From Arenimonas sp. (GTDB taxonomy: Bacteria; Pseudomonadota; Gammaproteobacteria; Xanthomonadales; Xanthomonadaceae), in assembly GCA_043744535.1 (NCBI GenBank), contig JAYTVJ010000112.1, positions 1 through 58,169 of the forward strand: a stretch of DNA of 58,169 bases, given 5' to 3'. Made by a program: the position numbers and the translations under genes. Shown in pieces: positions 19,444 through 28,883 of the stretch (its first letter is position 1; each line of letters begins with the position of its first letter). A model generated the notes under the pieces. It was not told where the DNA came from. It ran no database searches and saw only the letters and a list, made by a program, of their open reading frames with translations.

Positions 19444-21260
19444 CCAAAGCGCTCCAGCCAAGGATTCAGGTGCCGCATCACAGCTGGGGTGAAATACGCC
19501 TGATACGCGTGCCAACGGCCAACGGAACGGGCGTTAACTTGCTCGATTACTTGTGTATAAGAAGGCGTCTTGATGGCGCCTTTATTTTTTGCGCGCTCAG
19601 TAAAAGCCAGTAAATCGTCTTGCCAAGGCAATTGCAAGAAATCGAATAAAGCGCGCGCACGACCTTCGGTATCGGCCACTAAATCTTCATACTTCCACGC
19701 CAAAACCGGCAACTGCACATGTTCAGCGTTGCGCATCCAATGGCTAAATACTTTGTCGTACATCTGGGCGGTGCTTTCCAACGTTTCAAAGGTTAGTGCA
19801 AACGCAGGGGCACGAAAATGCTGCATATAGCAACTAAGCACTACATCGCACGGGTGGCGAATTGCTAACACAATTTGGGCACTAGGAAACAGGTTTTGCA
19901 GCAAAGGCAAGCGCACCATATTTAGTGGATTTTTATCTACTGCACGCTTACTGGTGCTGCTCGGCGCTACCATTGCTACTTCCGCAAAATACGCCGCGCG
20001 CTGCTGCTGCCATTGCTGAGGCGTGAGTGATTGTAGGCGCTGAAAAACGTCTTCGCCGTCTGCGCTTAAACGGCGCACAATATGTTGTAAAAAGGGTTGT
20101 TCATCGAACGACACCAAGCCCGAATGGGCGTCGAGTAATTGTTCAAGCAAGGTGGTGCCAGAGCGCGGAAAGCCCACCACAAACACCGGATCGGTGTGTG
20201 CATCAAGGCCTTGGCTGGCCTGGCTCCACGGCGGAATAGGCTGGTCTAACACCGCGAATGCTTCGGTGCTGTCTTGCAAAGCCGGATGATTATTGCTGAT
20301 TAATAATCGGCGCTTTGTGTGGGCGTTTTGCATCACCGCCATCACCGCATCGGGTGCATGGCATTTATCCAGCGCCGCGGCATATTCAAATTCCAAGCCA
20401 AGCTTTAGGCTTGAATCATTATGTGTGCCTTGCAAAACCCGCTCAAAATAATTTTTAGCTTGCGCAAAATCCTTGCTACGCATGGCCATTTTGGCCTGCA
20501 TTTGTAGCCAATTATCGAGCAACTTGGGATTATGCTGCATGGCTTGTTCATGCAAACCCGCTTGCACAGCTTTAGCCTGATCCATACGATTAATGCGCTC
20601 ATAAGCCATCACCAAACCTATCTGGCTATCGGCCAGCAAATCTGGATCCTGAGGCGTTTTTTCAAACACCGCAATCGCTTGCGCATACCATTGGCCACGA
20701 AACAGTAAGTAGCCTAAGTCAACTGTTTGGCCTTCATCAAGCACACGCATTTGCACGTCTTCAGCGCAGCGTTGTGCTTCTGGCCAACGATCCATCGCCA
20801 GTAAAAGTCGCAATTTAAGTAAATGAAATTCAGCATCGCTCGGGCTGCGTGATATGGCGGTTTCAATCGAGCGCCGCGCCAATTCCAATGGCCCAACAAC
20901 CGAATATGCCCGCGCCAAACCAAAGTGCAGGGCCGGATCGGTGGCGCCAAGCAGTAGTGCTTTTTGTAAAGGCTCGAGTGCTTCATGTTCACGCTCAAGC
21001 TCACACAAACAATTGCCCAAGTTCGACCAATGTGCGGGGTTTTGTGGCTCATACATGCACAGCCATTGGTACTCAGGCAAAGCCCTATTGGGTTGCTTCA
21101 ATAGACTTAAAGCAATGGCTTTTACGGTCTTCCACAGCAATTGCGCGCCATTTTCGCGTTCGGCCTGTTCGGCCATCGCCAACACAGACGCCGCATCGCC
21201 TTGTTCAAGGGCAACATAAGCAAAGTTCAGATTGGGCTGCGTGGGTGTAGTATTGGGCAT
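19431..21260 (-). CDS. TPR-containing sulfotransferase-family protein
   Basis: N-terminal TPRs (AHWSNLGNCL, ALHFGLARAY). 5'-PSB FVVGFPRSGTTLLE, DKNP, 3'-PB RHPCDVVLS, YEDLV. ATG 21260 preferred because the 21332 start overlaps the divergent gene. Confidence 0.88.
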   Translation of the reverse strand: MPNTTPTQPNLNFAYVALEQGDAASVLAMAEQAERENGAQLLWKTVKAIALSLLKQPNRALPEYQWLCMYEPQNPAHWSNLGNCLCELEREHEALEPLQKALLLGATDPALHFGLARAYSVVGPLELARRSIETAISRSPSDAEFHLLKLRLLLAMDRWPEAQRCAEDVQMRVLDEGQTVDLGYLLFRGQWYAQAIAVFEKTPQDPDLLADSQIGLVMAYERINRMDQAKAVQAGLHEQAMQHNPKLLDNWLQMQAKMAMRSKDFAQAKNYFERVLQGTHNDSSLKLGLEFEYAAALDKCHAPDAVMAVMQNAHTKRRLLISNNHPALQDSTEAFAVLDQPIPPWSQASQGLDAHTDPVFVVGFPRSGTTLLEQLLDAHSGLVSFDEQPFLQHIVRRLSADGEDVFQRLQSLTPQQWQQQRAAYFAEVAMVAPSSTSKRAVDKNPLNMVRLPLLQNLFPSAQIVLAIRHPCDVVLSCYMQHFRAPAFALTFETLESTAQMYDKVFSHWMRNAEHVQLPVLAWKYEDLVADTEGRARALFDFLQLPWQDDLLAFTERAKNKGAIKTPSYTQVIEQVNARSVGRWHAYQAYFTPAVMRHLNPWLERFGYLA

Positions 21261-21317
21261 GCGGCAAAGGGTATGATAATGACTTGAATTCAACTGCAAT
21301 TGATGAGCTAGTTTACC

Positions 21318-21896
21318 TTGAACAACGCCCAAACAACGGATTCTTTAAGCCGATGCATCCAAGTCTTTGATGGTGCCTTCAGCCCTGCGCTGTGCGAAAA
21401 AATGATTCAATCGTTTCATAGCCTTGAACGCTTTCAGCGCCCAAATGGCCGTGGCATTCGCCCTGGGCACGACGACAGCGGCTGGACCGAACTGAATTTG
21501 GATCCGCTTTCAGACGAGGCGTTTCGGGTAATGATTCTGGACAATATGTATCGACACACCGAGCTGTACAACCAAGCACTGAATCAGCCCATTACGCTGC
21601 CTGCAACCGATAAAATCAGCGAATTGATGATGAAGCACTACAAGACAACGGGCGCAGAACGTTTTCAAGTGCATTTTGATTCCATTGGATTAAAAGCGAA
21701 TCGCTATCTGGTTTTTCTATGGTATTTAAACGATGTAACCGAAGGCGGTGGCACCGAATTTCCAGAGCTTGGCATGACTGTGCAGCCCAAAGCAGGGCGC
21801 TTAGTCATTTTCCCGCCGTATTGGATGTATCAGCATATTGGCCAGCAGCCAATCAGCAATGATAAATACATTCTTTCCACCTACTTTCTGTTTTGA
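21318..21896 (+). CDS. 2OG-Fe(II) oxygenase (prolyl-hydroxylase-like)
   Basis: HFD facial-triad motif, WYLND..GGGTEF, PKAGRLVIFP, distal His (YQHIG), KY. TTG start. Confidence 0.85.
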   Translation: MNNAQTTDSLSRCIQVFDGAFSPALCEKMIQSFHSLERFQRPNGRGIRPGHDDSGWTELNLDPLSDEAFRVMILDNMYRHTELYNQALNQPITLPATDKISELMMKHYKTTGAERFQVHFDSIGLKANRYLVFLWYLNDVTEGGGTEFPELGMTVQPKAGRLVIFPPYWMYQHIGQQPISNDKYILSTYFLF

Positions 21897-22753
21897 ACAT
21901 GCGCGAATTCGATAAACTCGCCGAGCAAAACACAACGATTAGCAAAGCGCTGATGCAATCGGTATTTGAGCTAGCCAGTGATTTATCGGGCATGGGCCCA
22001 TTTGCCGAGCATGTTGCGCAGGCGCGCAACGCCACATCCATCCATCAACGTTTAGTGCAAATCCAGCAGCAGATTCAGCAACTGCGCAACGATTTGCAAT
22101 CCGTGCGTGGCCCGTATCTGATGCAGCAACTGCAGCGTTTAGGCATTGATCAACACAGTAAAGACCTTAAACTGCATATTGGCAGCGGGCCATATGTGCT
22201 AGACGATTGGATTAACCTGGATATTTACCCGGCGCAACTTTCCACCAATGTGCTGTGGGGCTTGCCATTCACTAACGGCCAATGCCAATTTGTATTTTTA
22301 TCGCATTTACTCGAGCATCTGTTTTACCCCACCGACGCCATGTCTTTGCTGGAAGATATTTACCGCATCCTTGCGCCTAGCGGCGTGGTGCGTATTGTAG
22401 TGCCAGATATTGAACAATGCATTCGCGCCTATCAAGACAACAACACGGCATTTTTTCAGCAGCGCGTTGAACATTGGGGCGCGGGCGATGACCAAGCCAC
22501 TCGTCTTGAGCATTTCTTGGCGTATGCGGGTGCGGGGCCAGATCCGGCTTGGCTGTTTGAAGCGCATAAATTCGGCTTTGATTACGAAACCCTAGAGCGC
22601 GCCTTGCAGCGTGCTGGATTCAAAAACATAACGCGCTCTCGCTTCATGTGCAGTGAACATACCGCACTGCGCGTTGATGAACACAGCCAAGTAGCCAGCG
22701 CCAAATATGGCGATCAATACTATTCCCTTTTTGTTGAAGCAGTGAAAGAATAA
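21893..22753 (+). CDS. Class I SAM-dependent methyltransferase-like protein with N-terminal coiled coil
   Basis: LHIGSG, WINLD, LPF, SHLLEH, RILAPSGVVRIVVPD. Overlaps the previous stop (alternative ATG 21899). Confidence 0.8.
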   Translation: MNMREFDKLAEQNTTISKALMQSVFELASDLSGMGPFAEHVAQARNATSIHQRLVQIQQQIQQLRNDLQSVRGPYLMQQLQRLGIDQHSKDLKLHIGSGPYVLDDWINLDIYPAQLSTNVLWGLPFTNGQCQFVFLSHLLEHLFYPTDAMSLLEDIYRILAPSGVVRIVVPDIEQCIRAYQDNNTAFFQQRVEHWGAGDDQATRLEHFLAYAGAGPDPAWLFEAHKFGFDYETLERALQRAGFKNITRSRFMCSEHTALRVDEHSQVASAKYGDQYYSLFVEAVKE

Positions 22754-22755
22754 TT

Positions 22756-24030
22756 ATGTCTGTTGTGATTAACGCCTTGTTAGATCAAGCCCGTCGCTAC
22801 GCGCAAGTGCAAGACACGCGTGCCGAAAAAGCATTTGCCTTAGTGTTGGAAAATGACGCGTTTAATGTGGAAGCGCGCACCTTCTTAGCACGCGCTGCTA
22901 TGCAGGCCGGCAAGCCTATGCAAGCCTTTGAGCACCTTGAGCTGGCCACACGTATCAATCCGAACAATGCCGCATTATGGCGCAGCTTGGCGCTTACACA
23001 CATTGCACTTGGTCAATGGCCTGAGGCACAACTTGCATTGCAACGCTGTTTACAACTGGCCCCGAAAATGCATGCCGCACGTTTGCATTTAGGCAAGGTA
23101 TTTGAGCAACAAGGCCAGCACAATGCAGCGATGAAAACCTACCTGCAAGCACTTAGCGAAGCGCAACGCGATGGCCTGTGGCTGAATGCTGAAACCACAC
23201 CGGTATGGCTGGTTGAAGATGTGAATCATGCCATGGACATGGCCAACCAAGGCCGGGCTGAGATTTATCAAAACATCATGGCACCGCTTGTTGAACGTTT
23301 CGGCCATGATGATCTAAAACGCGTTGATCTGTGCCTGAAAGGCATTTTAGGCTTTGAACAACTGAATGCCAGCAACCCAAAACAGAAGCCGACCTTTATG
23401 CTGTTCCCTGGCTTGCCAGAAACGCCGGTGTTTAACAACGCGCTGTTTCCGTGGTTTGAGCAACTGGAAAGCAGCTTTGAGGCCATACGCCTTGAAGCCG
23501 AGCAGGTGCTGAGCCAAACACAAAGCTTATCGCCATTTTTAGCCTTGAGCGAAACCGATAAGGCTTCAGATTACCTTGGCGGCCAGCAGCCGAATTGGGA
23601 TGCGTATTTTTTCTATCGGCACGGTGAGAAATATGCCGAGCATCATGCAGCTTGCCCAAATACCGCGGCGGCACTTGAAGCACTGCCCTTGGTGCGTATT
23701 GCCGAACACGCACCAGAGATTTGTTTTTCGGTGCTCACCGCCGGTACGCACATTTTGCCGCACTACGGCACCAGCAATATCCGTTCGGTGGTGCATTTGC
23801 CACTGATTGTGCCCGAAAATTGCGCGCTGAAGGTGTTGGATACCGTTATTACAGGCATTGCTGGAAAATGTTTTGCCTTTGACGACACGTTTTTGCATGA
23901 AGCGTGGAATCGCGGACAAAGCACGCGCGTGATTTTGTTGATGGACACCTGGAACCCGCATTTAACCGAGGTCGAGAAATTGGCTTTGGCCGATGTGGTG
24001 GCGCAAACCGGCCATTTTAAGGCCATTTAA
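22756..24030 (+). CDS. TPR-containing aspartyl/asparaginyl beta-hydroxylase-domain protein
   Basis: N-terminal TPRs. C-terminal FSVL..GTHILPHYG, HLPLIVP, FDDTFLHEAWN, RVILLMD.W.P. Confidence 0.88.
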   Translation: MSVVINALLDQARRYAQVQDTRAEKAFALVLENDAFNVEARTFLARAAMQAGKPMQAFEHLELATRINPNNAALWRSLALTHIALGQWPEAQLALQRCLQLAPKMHAARLHLGKVFEQQGQHNAAMKTYLQALSEAQRDGLWLNAETTPVWLVEDVNHAMDMANQGRAEIYQNIMAPLVERFGHDDLKRVDLCLKGILGFEQLNASNPKQKPTFMLFPGLPETPVFNNALFPWFEQLESSFEAIRLEAEQVLSQTQSLSPFLALSETDKASDYLGGQQPNWDAYFFYRHGEKYAEHHAACPNTAAALEALPLVRIAEHAPEICFSVLTAGTHILPHYGTSNIRSVVHLPLIVPENCALKVLDTVITGIAGKCFAFDDTFLHEAWNRGQSTRVILLMDTWNPHLTEVEKLALADVVAQTGHFKAI

Positions 24031-24114
24031 CTTAGTGAAAAGTCCTTCATATTGGATGGTTTGCTCTAGCAAATAAGCGCGCAATGGGCACGTACCCCTA
24101 AAGGAGGTCGCACC

Positions 24115-24231
24115 ATGAACATTGCATTTATCCTACTTGCAAGCGTTTTAGCCCTATTAACCGCCGGTGCAGTGGTTTTGCATTGTCATAATAGTATGGA
24201 AATCGATAAAGAAATGGCGCTATACAGCTAA
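24115..24231 (+). CDS. Small single-TM peptide (38 aa), absent from the ORF track
   Basis: Perfect SD AAGGAGGT at 24101..24108, 6 nt before ATG. Translates MNIAFILLASVLALLTAGAVVLHCHNSMEIDKEMALYS*. Confidence 0.65.
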   Translation: MNIAFILLASVLALLTAGAVVLHCHNSMEIDKEMALYS

Positions 24232-24259
24232 TCGTTAACGAGCAATGAAAAATCAGTTA

Positions 24260-24280
24260 GGGCAACCCTTGTGGTTGCCC
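24260..24280. terminator. Hairpin between the convergent small ORF and queF
   Basis: GGGCAACC-CTTGT-GGTTGCCC, a perfect 8-bp stem. Only an interrupted T tract on the minus strand. Confidence 0.55.
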
Positions 24281-24289
24281 GACAACAGC

Positions 24290-25111
24290 TTATTGCCGAA
24301 TCAAGCGCACATTGCCCGGCATGCCCATGCCTTCGGTGCAGCGGTACGGATTGATATCCAATCCGCCGCGCCGCGTGAAACGCGCATACACCGAGAGTTG
24401 CAGCGGCTTACACTGCCGCATAATATCGGTGAAGATGTGTTCAACACAACTTTCGTGGAAGCCGTTATGCAGGCGATACGACACCAAATAGCGTAGCAAA
24501 CCTTCGCGCTCTATGCGATTGCCCAAATAGCGAATTTGGATGCTGGCCCAATCGGGCTGATTGGTGACCGGGCAATTCGAACGAAAAATATGGCTAATCA
24601 ACGATTCATTAACCTGCGATTCTTCAAACACGCTCAGATACAAAGGCTCGGGCGGGCCATAGTAATTGATATCCACTTCCATGTCGTCAATCACTTCGCC
24701 GTTTAAATATTCCACCGGAAAGGCATGGCTAGCCGATGCCGGCGTGATGGTGACGGTGACATTGCCCCCGCAGGCCTTACTGATATCGCTGACCAGCATT
24801 TGCCGCAAGCGCTCACTGTCGCCAATACGGGTTTGGTTGAAGCTGTTCAAATACAATTTAAAACTTTTCGACTCAATAATATTTTCGGTATTGGCCGGCA
24901 CCACAATTTCTGCTAATCCCGAACGCGGGCGACCCGCTTTATCCAACCAGCTTAATTCGTAGGCATTCCAAATATCTTGGCCACTAAATGGCAGTGCCCC
25001 GAATAAGCCAATTTGCTCACGCGCGATACGTCGTGCAATAGGAAACAACAATCCCGCATCATACTGGCTTGGATAATCCGTTGATTTGCCGAGAATACCG
25101 TGCTCAGCCAT
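24290..25111 (-). CDS. queF: NADPH-dependent 7-cyano-7-deazaguanine reductase (bimodular type)
   Basis: DIWNAYELSWL, IESKSFKLYLNS, SNCPVTNQPDW, FHESCVE, RRGGLDINP. Confidence 0.95.
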   Translation of the reverse strand: MAEHGILGKSTDYPSQYDAGLLFPIARRIAREQIGLFGALPFSGQDIWNAYELSWLDKAGRPRSGLAEIVVPANTENIIESKSFKLYLNSFNQTRIGDSERLRQMLVSDISKACGGNVTVTITPASASHAFPVEYLNGEVIDDMEVDINYYGPPEPLYLSVFEESQVNESLISHIFRSNCPVTNQPDWASIQIRYLGNRIEREGLLRYLVSYRLHNGFHESCVEHIFTDIMRQCKPLQLSVYARFTRRGGLDINPYRCTEGMGMPGNVRLIRQ

Positions 25112-26405
25112 CGTTCGCACCATTGAGGTAATCCAAACTGATTTGCAATAAGGCGCGCGTGCCTAAGGGCAAGGCCGATTCATCCAAAAAAAAGGCTGGC
25201 GAATGATTGCTCGGTGCGGTGCTGGCATCCACGCCATTGGGCGTTGCCCCCACAAAAAAGAAGAAGCCAGGCACTTCTTTAGCGTAATAGGCGAAATCTT
25301 CTGAACCGGTGGTTAGGGTCATTTCCACCACATGTTCACCGGCAATTTTCTTCAAGCTCGGCAATACTTTGGCAGTTAGTGCAGGGTCGTTGTAGGTCAC
25401 TGGATTGCCGGTGTTATCTGGAATTTTAGTGACCACCGTAGCGCCATTTGCAGCAGCCACATGCTGGGCCACATTATCTAAATCTTTAAACACTTGCGCG
25501 CGCATGTCATCGTCGAAGGTGCGAATGGTGCCAATCAATTCAACCGAATCCGGAATGATGTTATAGCGGATGCCACCTTTAATCGCACCAAAACTGACCA
25601 CCACCGGCTGCTTGGTAATATTCTGCCGCCGCGACACAATGCTCTGCGCACTGGTCACAATTTCTGCCGCCGCCACGATTGGATCAACGCCGCCCCACGG
25701 CCGCGAGCCATGCGTTTGCCGACCTTTAACCACAATATTAAAACGGTCTGAAGCGGCCATTAACGGCCCAGAACGATAGCCAATTTGCCCGGCATTCAAG
25801 GTTGAAAACACATGCAGGCCAAACACCGCTTCCGGCTTAAAATTCTTGAAGATACCCTCAGCCAGCATTTGGCTCGCGCCGCCGGTTTCGCCATCGGGCG
25901 GGCCTTCTTCAGCAGGTTGGAAAATAAACAATACTTCGCCGGCAAGTTGCGCTTTGTTTTTTGCCATGGCTTCCGCCACACCCATTAAAATCGCGGTATG
26001 TGAGTCATGGCCGCAAGCGTGCATGACACCCACTTTTTCGCCGCGAAATTCTGCGCGCTGTTTTGATTCAAACGGCAAGCCAGAATTCTCGGTTACCGGC
26101 AGTGCATCCATGTCGGCACGCAAGGCAATCCGCGGGCCCGGTTTACCGCCTTTTAATATGGCAATAACCCCTGTGTGTGCAACGCCCGTGCTCACCTCTA
26201 AGCCCAAGCTGCGCAAATGCTCAGCGACTACTTTTGAGGTGCGAAATTCACGGTTGCCGAGCTCCGGAAATTGATGGAAATCGCGACGCCAAGCCAGAAC
26301 TTTGCTGTCCACTGGTTTTGCCCATGCTTCAATATCGGTGGCAGCAGCAATGCCTGCTGCTGGCAGAATGAGCGCTAGAAATAGTGTGTTGACTGTTAAG
26401 TTCAT
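25104..26405 (-). CDS. Exported M20 family amidohydrolase
   Basis: GGGAGG SD, signal peptide, ALRADMDALP, MHACGHD, FQPAEEG, SEDF, NHSP. Confidence 0.9.
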   Translation of the reverse strand: MNLTVNTLFLALILPAAGIAAATDIEAWAKPVDSKVLAWRRDFHQFPELGNREFRTSKVVAEHLRSLGLEVSTGVAHTGVIAILKGGKPGPRIALRADMDALPVTENSGLPFESKQRAEFRGEKVGVMHACGHDSHTAILMGVAEAMAKNKAQLAGEVLFIFQPAEEGPPDGETGGASQMLAEGIFKNFKPEAVFGLHVFSTLNAGQIGYRSGPLMAASDRFNIVVKGRQTHGSRPWGGVDPIVAAAEIVTSAQSIVSRRQNITKQPVVVSFGAIKGGIRYNIIPDSVELIGTIRTFDDDMRAQVFKDLDNVAQHVAAANGATVVTKIPDNTGNPVTYNDPALTAKVLPSLKKIAGEHVVEMTLTTGSEDFAYYAKEVPGFFFFVGATPNGVDASTAPSNHSPAFFLDESALPLGTRALLQISLDYLNGANDG

Positions 26406-26445
26406 GGCGCCTCCCAAAGCGTGTAGCCCATGCTAGCACAAGCGT

Positions 26446-27525
26446 TTACGGGCGGTGCTCTAAAGCGAGGTAATCTTTCGACTGCATTTCAATTAAACGT
26501 GAACTGGTTCTCTCAAATTCACGTTGCAAACGGCTGCCTTGATACAAGCACGGCGCGTCACGCTCAGCACTTAACAACACATTCACGTGACGGTCGTATA
26601 ATTCGTCAATTAAATACACAAAGCGGCGCGCCGCATCTTCATTGTGTGCGCCAAAATGCGGTACGTTGGATAGCAACACCGTGTGGAAATCACGGGCAAT
26701 TTCAATATAATCGGCGGCCGAACGCGGGCCTTCACACAGCGCCGAAAACGCAAACCATGCCACACCCGAGCTCAGCGCCAATGCAGGAATCAGCCGATCG
26801 TTAATTTCAATTGCATCGGCCTTGGCCGCTTCACCGCTAAGCTTCAGGTATTGTGCGGCTAACACGTGTTCCGTTGCTTGATTGGCTGGTGTTAAATACG
26901 TGGCGGCATGGCTAAGCGTGCGTAACCGATAATCCTGCGCGCTCAACAATTCAAGCACTGTGCATTCGCGTTTAATCAATGCAATGCATGGCAAGAAACT
27001 GGCGCGCTGCAAGCCATTAAGGTATAAATCATCGGGCGCTACATTGGAGGTTGTGATTAAGCACACACCATACTGGTTCAGTTTATCCATTAACCGATAC
27101 AAGATCATTGCATCGCCAATGTCGGACACAAAAAACTCATCCAACACCAATAGCCGACAATCTTTACTAATTGCCTTGGCCAATACCGCCAAGGTGTCTG
27201 CCGTTTCTGGCAGCTTGGCCAATTGCTGATGCACATGGTTCATAAAGCGATGAAAATGCCAGCGCTGAAACGGCACATCGTGCAGGGTTTGTAGAAACAG
27301 TTCTGTCATCAGTGTTTTGCCGCGCCCCACCGGGCCCCACAAATACAAGCCTTTTACGGCAACAGGCGTGGATAATGTAAGCCCTAAAAAGCGCCGCGTT
27401 GTTTGCGCGCGAAGTGCTTGCGCCATTGCATCCATGCGGTTCAGCACATCAAGCTGCACGGGGTCTGCATAAATGCTGTCCGCGCTTACTTTAGCCTGAT
27501 ACAACAAGACGGCAGGGCCAGCCAT
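26446..27525 (-). CDS. zapE: Cell division ATPase ZapE (AFG1 family)
   Basis: GLYLWGPVGRGKT, HFHRFM, LDEFFVSDIGDAMIL, TTSN, RRF..LIDELYD, FERTSSRLIEMQS. Confidence 0.92.
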   Translation of the reverse strand: MAGPAVLLYQAKVSADSIYADPVQLDVLNRMDAMAQALRAQTTRRFLGLTLSTPVAVKGLYLWGPVGRGKTLMTELFLQTLHDVPFQRWHFHRFMNHVHQQLAKLPETADTLAVLAKAISKDCRLLVLDEFFVSDIGDAMILYRLMDKLNQYGVCLITTSNVAPDDLYLNGLQRASFLPCIALIKRECTVLELLSAQDYRLRTLSHAATYLTPANQATEHVLAAQYLKLSGEAAKADAIEINDRLIPALALSSGVAWFAFSALCEGPRSAADYIEIARDFHTVLLSNVPHFGAHNEDAARRFVYLIDELYDRHVNVLLSAERDAPCLYQGSRLQREFERTSSRLIEMQSKDYLALEHRP

Positions 27526-28175
27526 TAGTGCATAGCCCGGTGCTGTTGCAAAAAGGCTTTTACATACTCACGAAGCGGCAGCAATTTGCCGTGAAAAAAA
27601 TGGCTGGTTTCCGGCATCCTAATAATTTCTGGGCGCGGAATTTGCTGTTCAAGCCAGGCAAGAACCGTATTGGCGTTGACAATTTCATCTTGCTCGCCCT
27701 GCACTGCAAGCCAAGGGCATGCCGGGCTTTGCACTTTCGAGAAGTCCCGAAAACCCACTGGCGGCGCAATACTCACCATCAACACTGGAGAAATCTGTTC
27801 GGCAGCTTTCAGTGCCACCCAGGCCCCAAAGGAGAAACCGGCTAGCGCGATGGGCGCCGAAGGACGATGCAGCTGCACCCAGTGCAATACTGCTAAACAA
27901 TCGGCTAGCTCACCAATGCCCTGATCGTACTGGCCTTGCGATTGGCCGACGCCACGAAAATTAAAGCGGATGCTGATATAGCCTGATTCAGTAAATGCTT
28001 TGGCAAGCGTGCTCACTACTTTGTTGTGCATCGTGCCACCATCAGGCGGGTGCGGATGACAGATGACCACGCTTGGGGTGTTCGCATCAAACTGCGCTGG
28101 ATACTCCAACATTGCCTCAAGCGCGCCTGCTGGGCCATCAAGCAAAAATTGTGTGTTGTGTAAGAGCAAATTCAT
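27525..28175 (-). CDS. Alpha/beta-fold hydrolase
   Basis: CHPHP..GGTMHNKVV, RFNFRGVG, AGFSFG, QGEQDEIV, HFFHG. Confidence 0.88.
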   Translation of the reverse strand: MNLLLHNTQFLLDGPAGALEAMLEYPAQFDANTPSVVICHPHPPDGGTMHNKVVSTLAKAFTESGYISIRFNFRGVGQSQGQYDQGIGELADCLAVLHWVQLHRPSAPIALAGFSFGAWVALKAAEQISPVLMVSIAPPVGFRDFSKVQSPACPWLAVQGEQDEIVNANTVLAWLEQQIPRPEIIRMPETSHFFHGKLLPLREYVKAFLQQHRAMH

Positions 28176-28200
28176 CTTATTCAGTATACGGCTTAGAAAT

Positions 28201-28223
28201 AAAAACGCCGCCCGAAGGCGGCG
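28201..28223 (-). terminator. Rho-independent terminator after cytochrome c5
   Basis: Minus strand reads CGCCGCC-TTCG-GGCGGCG-TTTTT. Confidence 0.85.
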
Positions 28224-28242
28224 ATTTAGGCTGAACCTTGAA

Positions 28243-28746
28243 TTACTTCAATTGGCCAATCATCCAATCAACCGTGGCAATCACTTGTTCATCCGACAAG
28301 GATGGATTGCCACCGCGCGCTGGCATTGAACGAATGCCCTCAATGGCGTGCTTATGCAAGGTGTCTTTGCCTTGTGCAATACGCGGCGCCCAAATTGATT
28401 TTTCTAATTTTGGTGCACCGGCCGCGCCAGACGTATGACAGCCTGTGCACAGTTGACCAAAGATTTCGCCGCCATCCAGCGTGCCGCCGTAGGCGACTTG
28501 GCCTTTGGCTGCTTCAGCCGCCAAGGTAGCGGCGGCGGCTTGTGCTGCGGCGCCGGTTTGGCCAGCAAACACTTCACCCACTGGCCCTATGCGCGCTTGA
28601 ACAGCTGCTTCAGCAACCGGATTGGGTGTTTCGGGTTTTTGGCTATTGAAGTAAATACCCGCCAAAATTAAGCCGCCGGTAATAGTGACTAAAATGGCAA
28701 TAACTTGGGCAAAATTTTTCATGAAAACTAAATCGTGATTACGCAC
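28243..28746 (-). CDS. Membrane-anchored cytochrome c5
   Basis: N-terminal TM, RIGPVG, CTGCH heme motif, GAPK, MPARGG. GTG start. Confidence 0.9.
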   Translation of the reverse strand: MRNHDLVFMKNFAQVIAILVTITGGLILAGIYFNSQKPETPNPVAEAAVQARIGPVGEVFAGQTGAAAQAAAATLAAEAAKGQVAYGGTLDGGEIFGQLCTGCHTSGAAGAPKLEKSIWAPRIAQGKDTLHKHAIEGIRSMPARGGNPSLSDEQVIATVDWMIGQLK

Positions 28747-28883
28747 AAAACACCTATCAGGGCCAGCAGCCCAAACGTGGGGAAAGTCCTATTATATCGG
28801 GGCTTGCGATGTGAATAAAGACAATCTTTCAGAAGTTTATGGAAATCTCGTGTTTTGCGACGCATTTTTGGCATTATGGTGTT

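Noticed and set aside
24290-25111. queF as a sign of a 7-deazaguanine DNA-modification island linked to the tailoring cassette
   Set aside because: No dpd, queC/D/E or tgt-like genes are nearby. It is the last gene of a convergent housekeeping operon.
28810-28818. DnaA-box consensus TGTGAATAA between cytochrome c5 and recC
   Set aside because: It is a single isolated 9-mer, and a few chance matches are expected in 58 kb.
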